Assembly: GCA_964572145.1 (NCBI GenBank)
Contig: CAZNES010000005.1
Coordinates: 21,642-85,641 of the forward strand
Reading direction: 5' to 3'
Length of the DNA stretch: 64,000 bases
Source of the DNA: an uncultured Syntrophobacteraceae bacterium
Lineage (GTDB): Bacteria > Desulfobacterota > Binatia > UBA9968
Below are positions 1 through 8,933 of this stretch, one piece after another. Each line of letters begins with the position of its first letter. The first letter of the stretch is position 1. The notes under the pieces were generated by a model. It made no database searches. It saw nothing but the letters and a program-made list of their open reading frames with translations, and was not told where the DNA came from. Both the position numbers and the translations under genes were made by a program.

Positions 1-789
1 GCTGCCGAATTTTTCGCCAAGCGCTGGATCGACGCGGAGATCCGTAAAGGAAAACGGGGCGGCGCTTTTTGCGCGTCGCCTTCGCCGAAACTCCATCCTT
101 ACATCCTCTGCAACTACACCGACAATTTGCGCGACGTGATGACGGTCGCGCACGAGCTCGGCCACGGCCTTCACGGGTGCTTGAGCCGCAGGCAGAGTTT
201 TTTCAACTACGATACGCCGCTCACGACGGCGGAGACCGCATCGGTCTTCGGCGAAATGCTGGTTTTCGATTATCTGGTCGAGCGCCAGACCGATTCTCGG
301 GTCCAGGTCGCGCTCATTGCCGGCAAGCTCGAAGACATCTTCGCCACCGTCTTCCGCCAAAACGTCCTGACGCGTTTCGAAGAAGCGGTGTTCTCGAAGC
401 GCCGCGCGGGAAGACTGACGCCTGAAGCGATCGGCGATCTTTGGATGGGAGCCAATAAGCCCTACTATGGAAACGCAGTCGAGATGCCCGACGGATACCG
501 CTGGGGCTGGTCCTACATCCCACACTTCATCCACAGCCGCTTCTACTGCTACAGCTACGTCTTCGGCCAGCTTTTAGTTTTGGCTCTTTATCGGTTGTAC
601 CGCGAGCAGGGAAAAAGTTTTGTCGCGAAATATCTCGCGCTGCTCGAAGCCGGCGGGTCCGATAGCCCGGAGGCGCTGCTCAAGCCATTAGGCGTCGATA
701 CTCGTGATCCAAAATTTTGGCAGAAGGGATTTGAAGAAATCAGGGGGCTGGTGAAGAGGTTGGAAGGGCTGGTGGAAAAAGGCCGATAG
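1..789 (+). CDS. M3-family oligoendopeptidase F-like metallopeptidase (C-terminal part; 5' end lies outside the window)
   Basis: Frame 1 is open from base 1 (AAEFFAKRWIDAEIRKGKRGGAFC...) into ORF 127..789. Zinc HExxH motif is present in 'VAHELGHGLH'. Confidence 0.85.
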   Translation, partial: AAEFFAKRWIDAEIRKGKRGGAFCASPSPKLHPYILCNYTDNLRDVMTVAHELGHGLHGCLSRRQSFFNYDTPLTTAETASVFGEMLVFDYLVERQTDSRVQVALIAGKLEDIFATVFRQNVLTRFEEAVFSKRRAGRLTPEAIGDLWMGANKPYYGNAVEMPDGYRWGWSYIPHFIHSRFYCYSYVFGQLLVLALYRLYREQGKSFVAKYLALLEAGGSDSPEALLKPLGVDTRDPKFWQKGFEEIRGLVKRLEGLVEKGR

Positions 790-801
790 TCAAACGCTGC
801 G

Positions 802-1617
802 TTAGTCAGGATTCTCTGAAAGCTTGCCTTGTATTCCCAGCCAGTTAGCCAGTGCCCGTTCGGCGACGCTGTCGTGAATGAAATACGCCCCACGGTTGAA
901 TGACCCGCGATCGGAGATCAATCCCTTCCGTGGCATATGGTCGACGCCCCAATAACTCTGTCCCCGCAGTGTGATTACAAGCGCTGAACCAGCCTTTGCT
1001 CTCGTAACGATTTCTGTAGTTACAAATTTGACTACTGCCTGAGCGGATGGCAGAGCGTCAACGACACGCGGAGGAATGCGCCATCTTCGAGAGTGGTATG
1101 GGACAAGCTCGATGACCGCCAAACGCTTCGCCAGATAAGACAATGCAGCTTGGTAAGTTTTTAGGTTTTTTTCCCGCTGAATTGCCTTTACGAAGCGCCA
1201 CAACCTGCTCTCCCAATAACCAAAGCCTCCATGCCATGAAAAAGCTGGATTAAGCCAAGGAAATGGGTAAGGAGTGTCCGCCAGCTGCTGCTTAAGGTTC
1301 CGCATCAGAACGGATCTCACAAGCGGAACCTCACGTTCCCCAAAGTAGTCGTGTGCTCCGAATCCAGGATTAAGCTGCAGCAGGAAGATGTTAGCCCTGG
1401 TGATGTCACCTATATAGGGAAGGGGTAGCAGGTCAGCGAATAACGCATCTTCATCTTCCAACAAATACTTGCTGCGTGTAAACTGGCGGTAAGAACCACA
1501 CATAACGCAGTCCACGTTATGCTCTTTAAGAACCTCGCGGTCTCTCGGGAAAAAGAACGGCGGTTCTCCCGAAGCCACTTTGGTCCATTGTCGGGCCAGA
1601 GATCTTAAGGCATACAT
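802..1617 (-). CDS. Hypothetical protein (271 aa), lower GC than the bulk genome; possible UDG-superfamily-like fold (inference only)
   Basis: Long ORF that starts 11 nt after the stop of the duplicated amidohydrolase fragment. Motifs are 'ANIFLLQLNPGFG' and 'AVIELVPYHS'. No family recognised with certainty. Confidence 0.55.
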   Translation of the reverse strand: MYALRSLARQWTKVASGEPPFFFPRDREVLKEHNVDCVMCGSYRQFTRSKYLLEDEDALFADLLPLPYIGDITRANIFLLQLNPGFGAHDYFGEREVPLVRSVLMRNLKQQLADTPYPFPWLNPAFSWHGGFGYWESRLWRFVKAIQREKNLKTYQAALSYLAKRLAVIELVPYHSRRWRIPPRVVDALPSAQAVVKFVTTEIVTRAKAGSALVITLRGQSYWGVDHMPRKGLISDRGSFNRGAYFIHDSVAERALANWLGIQGKLSENPD

Positions 1618-1628
1618 TTTGATTCGAT

Positions 1629-1762
1629 CTACTTCATCCTAAACGCCGGTGGCATGACTTCATCCACGCTCTTTCCCGTCCAGTGCCATTTAGGAACGCT
1701 GTCCCAGACTGCTCGCCTTTGGCTTGAACTTTTTCCAGCAGCTCGTCTTCGTTGAGACGTAG
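1629..1762 (-). pseudogene. Orphan, frameshifted duplicate of the last ~134 nt of amidohydrolase gene 4455..5897
   Basis: Hand alignment to 4455..4589 gives 13 substitutions and one 1-nt deletion. It encodes ...VWDSVPKWHWTGKSVDEVMPPAFRMK*, versus ...VWDSVSKWHWTGKSVDEVVPPAFRMK* in the intact gene. Confidence 0.85.
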
Positions 1763-1795
1763 AGCGATTATCCCGTACGCAATCGCGGTTTCCAC

Positions 1796-2746
1796 TCAAT
1801 ACGGTCCAAGGAAACGCTTGCCATTGAAGTGAATCATGTGGTCCGGGGCGTTCGCTACCCAGACTTCGGTCTCCCACGCAATTTCCCCGAGGTACTTCAA
1901 GAACCCACGACGATCGAGAAATGCCGTCACGAACACCAGGCCTGCTTTACTACCGGCGAATAGCGCTTTCAATTCAGTGAGACGCTTCGGGTTCACCGGG
2001 CCGTGACTCGTTACTGCTTCAATGAGAACCAGCCAGTTCTTTTCGGTGAAATGCACGACCACATCCGGCATCTTGCCGTGCTCCTCGACGGCAACACCAA
2101 GGTCTCGTAGATAAGCGCCATCGAAGTAGGCCCATTTTTTGTGCGTATCGCCGACGTATATGGGCTTGCCGCAAGGAGTAAAGCGCGGACAAAACTCGTT
2201 GATAATTTTGCGTATGAGAGCGTTCTGACCGCCGGGCGATAACCTGATTGCGACACCTGGCGCGAGATCGAGCGGAATATATTGCATGTCACGCACTTGA
2301 GCATATCGCAGTGCGAGCGTTCCGAGGTCCGCTATGTAATGCCGGAGAGCGGTGTTCCACTTGGGCGTGCCAGATTCTCGAATGACGGCTATCGTCCGGG
2401 GTTCAACCTGGTAACAATATTTCGGGCTGTTTGTCGGGCGATCGGGCTGGTCAGGATTGGCCACAATCAGTCCGGCTTGCTCAAACTGGTGCAGCGTGAA
2501 TCTCCGCACGGTTTCACGCGTGTTCGGCGCCCACTTCTTCTGATAATGCTTAGCTACGAACTCCATAATCGGTGTTACGCCTCGGAGCGGATCGCTTGAT
2601 GCGGTCCAAGGCTTCTGCGGCGGCAGATCAAGGAGGGCGAGAAGGGTCAGGGCCGCTCGTTCGTTTCGTTGCTCCGGTGGAAGGCCAAAAGCAATTAGAA
2701 TTTTCTGTGCCTCGGCGATGCGTCGCTTTCGTTGGTTAGCCATCAA
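1796..2746 (-). CDS. Type II restriction endonuclease, BsuBI/PstI family-like
   Basis: N-terminus 'KILIAFGLPPEQRNERAALTLLALLDL' and C-terminal 'MPDVVVHFTEKNWLVLIEAVTSHGPV' resemble BsuBI/PstI-family enzymes as I recall them. There is a 4-nt ATGA overlap with the upstream methyltransferase gene. Confidence 0.75.
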   Translation of the reverse strand: MMANQRKRRIAEAQKILIAFGLPPEQRNERAALTLLALLDLPPQKPWTASSDPLRGVTPIMEFVAKHYQKKWAPNTRETVRRFTLHQFEQAGLIVANPDQPDRPTNSPKYCYQVEPRTIAVIRESGTPKWNTALRHYIADLGTLALRYAQVRDMQYIPLDLAPGVAIRLSPGGQNALIRKIINEFCPRFTPCGKPIYVGDTHKKWAYFDGAYLRDLGVAVEEHGKMPDVVVHFTEKNWLVLIEAVTSHGPVNPKRLTELKALFAGSKAGLVFVTAFLDRRGFLKYLGEIAWETEVWVANAPDHMIHFNGKRFLGPY

Positions 2747-4356
2747 ATCGCCTGGAGGACTTCTGTCACGAGTGCATCGAGAGCGCCTTGAGCCGGAAAA
2801 GTTCCTTCTAGGCGTCGTCCGAGCGTAACCAGAGTTTCTCTTGTCGGATAGCGCAGTGCCCGAAGGTCAGTAGCATTGACTTGCGTGTGTCCGTTGAACT
2901 GCCGGAAATAGGTGTCGAGTGCAGAGCAATTCAGGAATCCCGAAAGACCGCGTGCTAGAGTTCGCTCTAATGGTGCCCCCCGTTCGTGGAAGTAGTTGAG
3001 ATGGTTCTCGAAACCCACGACTTCACAGGGAACATTGTCAGGATCAAAGACGGCTGCCACGAGCCGGCGACGCTCCTCCTTTGCCGAGAATCGTCTCACA
3101 AGCACATACACTCCCGCAGGTACCATGAGTGATGCGCTGTCGGTATTATGCACGATTGCGTTAGGTTTTTTTGCCCCCAATCTCGGCCAGCAGATAAGAC
3201 CATTACTGAAGTGGGTTGAATAGATCAGAGGAACAGTTCCCGAGGTCGGTTCTGCCCGCAGCCACTGGCGGGCGCGGAAGTCCACAACACGCCCGGTGCT
3301 CACGCACAACCTCAGTTCGTCAAGCGTGCATGGGAGCTTCTCCATAGCCTCAGCAAGCGCATGACCATCGTCGTCTGGAACGAGGTGAATAAATGCTTGT
3401 GAGTCGCCGGGTCGCACGACATGCTCGAAAGGCACATTTCGTTGCGCCCCGGTCGGATGGTCGGGCGTGCGGCTCTGTGAGATACATACGAGGGGTTGCT
3501 GCGGCACACCTTTAAGCGCATGAAGAATCAAATTTTCTTGTAATACTTTGTCGTCTCGAAATGCGTAGTCGCGATCCTCAAAGACGTGAAGGCGCGTGAT
3601 ATTTACGTGTCGCAGTAAATGTTGCCTGAAAGGCCGGAAATATGGGCCATTGCAAAAACTCCTTGGTGTAATGGCGATCAGCTCCCCCTTTTTATCTAAC
3701 AGCAATACTGCGAGTGCCATAAAAGCCGTATAAAGATTGCTTGTCTCGATATTGAGTCGGCGCAGGAGTTGGCGAGTCCGCGACTCAGTTCGGAACTTTT
3801 TGTAGGGCGGATTAAGGATGGCGATATCAAATAGGGGATGTTCGGTCCGAAACAGTCCCGTTTCCAGGACGTCCACAGAGGCTTCGATGAAATCAGTCGC
3901 TCGCACTTCCCATTTGCATGTGATCTCTACCGCTGCGCATGCCTCTTCGCATGCCCTTAACGTTCGCTGTAGAGCGGGTAGCAGGGCTTCGTCCCGTTCA
4001 TAAGCCGTCAGGGTGACTTCCCTAGGGCGGGCTGGTCTTGAACAGATTTCAGCGACCCATGCCGCCGTCAATGCTCCGACTCCCGCGCCGGCATCTAGCA
4101 AGCGGATGCGTTCACGACAAGCTGTGCTCATGGAACCCATGAGTCGCGCAGTTGCAGGGGGAGTGAAGTATTGGCCATACTCGCTACGTCGAGCCGAATC
4201 CAATATGGCGCTCAGTTTCTGTCTGGCTTCCTCTGCTGTCCCTAATGGGTCAGGGATCGTAAGCCGTCGGCTTGGGGGTGAGTCGGGATCAGTAGCACGT
4301 CTTGAGCGGGCCTTCGGTGTAGATATCTGTGATCTATGGGTGTGTTTAGACTCCAC
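2743..4356 (-). CDS. N6-adenine DNA methyltransferase (gamma class, Eco57I/M.PstI-like)
   Basis: SAM-binding motif 'LLDAGAGVGALT' precedes the catalytic motif 'ILNPPYKKF'. Also carries 'YGQYFTPP'. At 537 aa it is paired with the endonuclease gene. Confidence 0.88.
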   Translation of the reverse strand: MESKHTHRSQISTPKARSRRATDPDSPPSRRLTIPDPLGTAEEARQKLSAILDSARRSEYGQYFTPPATARLMGSMSTACRERIRLLDAGAGVGALTAAWVAEICSRPARPREVTLTAYERDEALLPALQRTLRACEEACAAVEITCKWEVRATDFIEASVDVLETGLFRTEHPLFDIAILNPPYKKFRTESRTRQLLRRLNIETSNLYTAFMALAVLLLDKKGELIAITPRSFCNGPYFRPFRQHLLRHVNITRLHVFEDRDYAFRDDKVLQENLILHALKGVPQQPLVCISQSRTPDHPTGAQRNVPFEHVVRPGDSQAFIHLVPDDDGHALAEAMEKLPCTLDELRLCVSTGRVVDFRARQWLRAEPTSGTVPLIYSTHFSNGLICWPRLGAKKPNAIVHNTDSASLMVPAGVYVLVRRFSAKEERRRLVAAVFDPDNVPCEVVGFENHLNYFHERGAPLERTLARGLSGFLNCSALDTYFRQFNGHTQVNATDLRALRYPTRETLVTLGRRLEGTFPAQGALDALVTEVLQAI

Positions 4357-4454
4357 TGAAATTCAGCTTATCTTATAAAAGATGCTGCTTTCAACGCAGA
4401 AATCGTTTCCAAGCTCTTGTCCATGAAGTGCCAAGCAATTTAATGACAGGAAGG

Positions 4455-5897
4455 TTACTTCATCCTAAACGCCGGTGGCACCACTTCGTCAACGCTCTTG
4501 CCCGTCCAGTGCCATTTGGACACGCTGTCCCAGACCTGCTCGCCCTTAGCCTGAACTTTTTCCAGCAGGTCGTCTTCGTTGAGACGCAGATATTTGCCGT
4601 TATCTACCAGCGTCTCGCCGTCCACGATCACAGTGCGCACGTCGCGGCTGACGGCGGTTTCGACCAGCGATCTGATCGGGTCGCGTACGGCGCCGAAGGC
4701 GATGTCTTTAAGATTGATGATCGCGATGTCCGCCTTTGCGCCTTTCTGTAATCGGCCCAAGTCGTCTCTGCCGATGAGTTTCGCGCCGCCGAGCGTCGCT
4801 GCGTTGAAGACGTCGCGCGGGTGGCCGGCAACAAAACTTTTCTCCGCCACTCGCGAAGCAAGCGATGCGTAGCGCATATCCGAAATAATATCCTTGGGAA
4901 AAGTATCGGTGCCGATGCCCATGTTGACGCCGGCCTTCAAATATTTGTCGAACGATTCCATCACGATGCCGAGCTTCAAATATTTGAGCGGGCTATAGGC
5001 AACCGACGCGCCGGAGTCGGCGATGATTTTGAGGTCGTCTCCATAAGGGTAAGACAGCCAGCTATGGCCGCTGATGAAGATGCAGTGAGAGAGAGAAACT
5101 TCTGGATCGAGAAAGCCGATCTTATCCAACAGCTCGATCGGCGTGCAGCGTTCGCGCTGCATCACGGTATGGAATTCGAACAGGTTGATCGTCGCGTGAA
5201 TCTGCGCGCGCGCGCCGATCTCTTTGGCGGCCTTTCGAGTTTCTTTCAAAAGCGCAGGCGTGCACGAGTCCACGTGGCCGGGAAAGAGCATCGTCTTCAT
5301 CCGCCCGTTGCAGCCGCCGTCGAATTTTTTCGCGAACTCGACGGCGTGCTTCAATCCTTCACTTCCACGCTCGTCGTTCCAGTCGTACTCCAACCTTCCT
5401 TCGCGGTCTTGAAAGAAGTTGACGTTTTTATAGCTCGGCCCCGCATAGCAGCGGATTCCGACCTCGTCCACCATCGCGACGTAAGGCTCGGGATTTGCGC
5501 CGGCGCCGCCGATATCCAGTGTCGTGGTGACGCCGCTCTTTAAGACGTGGATCAGCGAAAAGCGCTGGCCGATATCCACGTCCTTCAAGTGGGCGTGTTT
5601 CGCGCCTTCGCGCGTCGGCGCGCCGTGAGCGAGATAGTTGGCCGCGAAGTAGTCCAGCTTGTTCGCGTCATTCAGTAGATAATCGCTCGCGTTGATGCCC
5701 GAATGAAAATGGGTATCGATAAATCCCGGCGAGACGAGGCAGCCTTTGGCATCGATCTTTTTGTCCACCGGCTCGGAATATTGTTTGCCGACGAATGAAA
5801 CCCGATCGTTTTCAAAGACCACAACGCCGTCTTTGATGATTTCGTGCTCTTGTCCATTGAAGCCGACAGCATATCCGCCTTGAATCAAAGTTTTCAA
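4455..5897 (-). CDS. Amidohydrolase-family metallohydrolase (chlorohydrolase/deaminase-like)
   Basis: 480 aa with N-terminal 'SPGFIDTHFHSG' (HxH metal motif) and typical amidohydrolase_1 architecture. Confidence 0.85.
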   Translation of the reverse strand: MKTLIQGGYAVGFNGQEHEIIKDGVVVFENDRVSFVGKQYSEPVDKKIDAKGCLVSPGFIDTHFHSGINASDYLLNDANKLDYFAANYLAHGAPTREGAKHAHLKDVDIGQRFSLIHVLKSGVTTTLDIGGAGANPEPYVAMVDEVGIRCYAGPSYKNVNFFQDREGRLEYDWNDERGSEGLKHAVEFAKKFDGGCNGRMKTMLFPGHVDSCTPALLKETRKAAKEIGARAQIHATINLFEFHTVMQRERCTPIELLDKIGFLDPEVSLSHCIFISGHSWLSYPYGDDLKIIADSGASVAYSPLKYLKLGIVMESFDKYLKAGVNMGIGTDTFPKDIISDMRYASLASRVAEKSFVAGHPRDVFNAATLGGAKLIGRDDLGRLQKGAKADIAIINLKDIAFGAVRDPIRSLVETAVSRDVRTVIVDGETLVDNGKYLRLNEDDLLEKVQAKGEQVWDSVSKWHWTGKSVDEVVPPAFRMK

Positions 5898-6136
5898 GAT
5901 TATGGCCTTTCTTTGAAAATATTTACGAAGCGAGAAGTAGCAAATTGGTCCAGGTAAGACAAGTTACTCCTGCCCTCTCCAGTGCAGGTTCTTTGTCGAT
6001 TCTGACAGATTTTGTACAACAACTGTAATAGGGAACGAGGGAGGAAGCGCAAAGTAAGCATGAAAACTGGCTATTCCCGATAGCATCTTTTTGGGCGTAG
6101 TTTTTGCTTAGGACAAACTCTAGAGGTCACGATTCG

Positions 6137-6649
6137 ATGGCAAAATCGGGTTTCCTTGTTCCGTTTGCAGCCTTTATCTTCTTCGCAGTTACATCCTATG
6201 CTGAGCCGAATCTGCCGGGTCCATATCGTGCTACGGTTATCTCCGTAGTTGACGGCGACACTGTAAAGGTAGAGGTACAAATTTGGCTTGGGCTTTATCA
6301 GAAAGTGAAGGTTAGGATTGCAGGGATTGATGCGCCAGAGATTACTAAGCCAAAGTGCACCAAAGAAAAGGAGCTTGGACTAAAAGCAAAGGAGTTTCTC
6401 GAAAGCGTGATTCCTCAGCAATCGACGATCAACTTAACCCAAATCAGTGAGGATGAATTCGGTGGCCGAGTAGATGCTACTATCCAAACAAAGGATGGCA
6501 AGGACGTCGGCGAGCTACTACGAAGCGAAGGTCATGCCTCTCCTTACAAAAAGCGCGGGATGAAAAAGGACTGGTGCGGCCCAGAGAGCCGCGAGGAACA
6601 AGTGTCTCAGAGTAAGCCTCGTCGGGATGTAGCAGTAGATAGTCAGTAG
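6137..6649 (+). CDS. Secreted thermonuclease (staphylococcal nuclease/SNase homologue)
   Basis: Signal-peptide-like 'MAKSGFLVPFAAFIFFAVTSYA'. SNase motifs 'VVDGDTVKV' and 'RIAGIDAPE' are present. Low-GC segment. An alternative upstream start exists at 6104. Confidence 0.8.
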   Translation: MAKSGFLVPFAAFIFFAVTSYAEPNLPGPYRATVISVVDGDTVKVEVQIWLGLYQKVKVRIAGIDAPEITKPKCTKEKELGLKAKEFLESVIPQQSTINLTQISEDEFGGRVDATIQTKDGKDVGELLRSEGHASPYKKRGMKKDWCGPESREEQVSQSKPRRDVAVDSQ

Positions 6650-6653
6650 ATGC

Positions 6654-7613
6654 CTACCTGTAAATTCCTTGCTTTGCCCAATTGATGTAGTGTTCCACAC
6701 CGCGAAAGGGATCGTAGTCCGGAGTGAAGCCGGTCTCTTCGCTGAGCCGCGAGATATCGACGCAGGCGTTGATGTCCATGGGAGTCTTGGTCGAGATCAA
6801 CGGTCCCGGGCCGTCGCCCAGATGGATCTCGGTTTTCGGCAGCCATTTTTTAATCGCGTCGGCAAACTCGGAGAGGCTGACCAGCCTGCCGAAACCGAGA
6901 TTATAAATTCGATGCCGGAGAGTTTTCGCCCTGAGCAGGAGCATAACTCCGCGCGCGGCATCTTTGGCATAGATGATGTCATGGGCTTCGGCCGGGTCCT
7001 GATTCCCCAGTTCGACAGGGATACCTTTGGCCGCGTTTTCCACCATGTGACCGGCAAGGTTCCGTACTCCCTGATAGAGCGGACCGTACATCCGGGTAGC
7101 CCGTGCCGAAATAACCTCCATGCCGTATTCCTTGCAGTACATGAGACAGAGAATTTCGCCCGCCTTTTTGGTTCCGGGAATAAAGCGGTCGGAGGTGATG
7201 AGGAGCTTCTCCTCTTCTTTGTAAGGCTGAGTAGTCTTCAGTCCCTGATACACCGCTTCAGAACTGATAAAAATCACTCTCTTAATCTCCGCTATCCGAG
7301 CGGCTTCGAGCACATTGATGGTTCCCGTGACGTTCACATCCATCGCTTGATACAGCGACGTGTTTCCTTTCTCCGAGCGCACCGCCGCGTGCACGATGCC
7401 CGTAACGGCGAAGTCCTTGATCGCTTGTGAAACTTTTTCCAGAGACGTGATGTCGAGCGGGATAATCTTGAGCAACCGATCGACAAATGAGGAAAGCAGC
7501 GTAGGGACGACGGTGTTGCGATTGCTCGTTGCCAGCACGGCTTCTCCGGAATCGCAAAGAAGCCGCGCGAGGTTGGCTCCTAAAAACCCCAGCCCGCCGG
7601 TGATTAAGATCAT
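6654..7613 (-). CDS. NAD-dependent epimerase/dehydratase (extended SDR)
   Basis: N-terminal Rossmann motif 'ILITGGLGFLGANL'; 319 aa. Confidence 0.85.
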   Translation of the reverse strand: MILITGGLGFLGANLARLLCDSGEAVLATSNRNTVVPTLLSSFVDRLLKIIPLDITSLEKVSQAIKDFAVTGIVHAAVRSEKGNTSLYQAMDVNVTGTINVLEAARIAEIKRVIFISSEAVYQGLKTTQPYKEEEKLLITSDRFIPGTKKAGEILCLMYCKEYGMEVISARATRMYGPLYQGVRNLAGHMVENAAKGIPVELGNQDPAEAHDIIYAKDAARGVMLLLRAKTLRHRIYNLGFGRLVSLSEFADAIKKWLPKTEIHLGDGPGPLISTKTPMDINACVDISRLSEETGFTPDYDPFRGVEHYINWAKQGIYR

Positions 7614-7803
7614 GGATGGACTTTAACCGACCGTTGAAAAAAGCTCATCTGCTATCCGTCCAACCGGGAGTCTCTCTCCGAGCCGATGCGATATATTTGT
7701 GTTACGCTGAACGAGCAATGCCGAGAGTATCGCCGCGCTACGCTTGATTTTTCTCGTCCCACGCATCGGCTCTCCGAGAAACCCCCAGTTGGACAGTTGC
7801 GGG

Positions 7804-8913
7804 TTACAAACGAATCAGCTCGTCGCCGACGCGGTTCAGCCGCCGGTTTCCTTTTTCCGTCGTGAGATAGGTCTCTCCCCAGAGCAAGGAACTTTCTCCC
7901 AGCAGCGGCCAGGGGTGGACGATGAAGACCATGCCGGGAACGATCTCCGTCTCGTTCTGCGGCGATGGGCGGTCTTCGACCATGTCGAGGCCGACGATGT
8001 GGCCGTAGACCGGCGTGCAGTCGAGACCGGACTGTCGCACGTATTCCTCCATCGCGCTCATCGGCTTGGACACTTTGAATCCGGGCTTCAAGTATTTCAG
8101 CGCTTCTTTGATCGCCCGCACCGAGACCTCGTGGAGCTTGACCAGATCTGGGTCCGGTTTACCGAGAGAAACGGCACGCGCCAACTGTGTCCAGTAGCCG
8201 CCGTACTGGGCCGTGATCTCGACGAAGACCATGCCTTTCTTTCCGATCTTCCTGCCAGACGGCGGATAGGCATCGACCTTGGGACCTTGTGAAATGATGT
8301 TGAAGCTCTTTTCCACGCCGTGACTCTTGAGCAGGAAATCCATATAAGCGACGATCTCCCATTCGGTCTTGCCCGGTTTGATGCGCTTGATTCCTTCGGT
8401 AAAGGCGAGGTCGACGAGGGCGGCGGATTTTTTCACTAGGCGGGTCTCTTCGCCGTCCACCGTCGCCCGCAGTTTTTTTAACGCCGGACCGAATTCGACG
8501 ATTTTCAGTTCGGGAAAAAATTCTTCCATTCTCTGGACCCAGAGAAAGGGGAGCCTGTCCAAGCCGTCGATCCCGACCGATGAACGTACCAGCCCCTTTT
8601 CTTTCAATACTTCCATCAGGCTTTCGAGGAAGCGCGAGCTCAGGCGGATGTCTTCGAGCCATGAATTTTTTTTCGCCCGCATCGCCTGGAAGCGCGATTC
8701 CACAAGCATGAGCGGAGGCTTTTCTTCGTCGCGGAAGAATACAAGGACGAGCGGGATATTGATATTGGGAAAATCGGTGAGAAAGCGAAACGCCGCGCCG
8801 TCGCCGCGGACGGCGCTGGAGCCGCGCGCGATCATCGCGTCGAGGCCCTGCGCGGCCATTCGCTCGCGCACCGCGCGATAGCGCGTTTCTTTTACTTTAT
8901 CGGAAAGAAACAT
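7804..8913 (-). CDS. M24-family Xaa-Pro peptidase/creatinase-like protein
   Basis: 369 aa with a creatinase/prolidase-type N-terminal domain followed by a pita-bread-fold C-terminal region ('YGHIVGLDMVEDRP', 'GMVFIVHP'). Confidence 0.78.
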   Translation of the reverse strand: MFLSDKVKETRYRAVRERMAAQGLDAMIARGSSAVRGDGAAFRFLTDFPNINIPLVLVFFRDEEKPPLMLVESRFQAMRAKKNSWLEDIRLSSRFLESLMEVLKEKGLVRSSVGIDGLDRLPFLWVQRMEEFFPELKIVEFGPALKKLRATVDGEETRLVKKSAALVDLAFTEGIKRIKPGKTEWEIVAYMDFLLKSHGVEKSFNIISQGPKVDAYPPSGRKIGKKGMVFVEITAQYGGYWTQLARAVSLGKPDPDLVKLHEVSVRAIKEALKYLKPGFKVSKPMSAMEEYVRQSGLDCTPVYGHIVGLDMVEDRPSPQNETEIVPGMVFIVHPWPLLGESSLLWGETYLTTEKGNRRLNRVGDELIRL

Positions 8914-8933
8914 TAGCGTGGGCCCTCCGATTT

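Noticed and set aside
1796-4356. Inferring CTGCAG specificity for the R-M pair from site avoidance.
   Set aside because: CTGCAG occurs many times in the window (for example near 1375, 8943, 15922, 19200, 22746 and 42553), so there is no visible avoidance. Specificity cannot be deduced from family membership alone.
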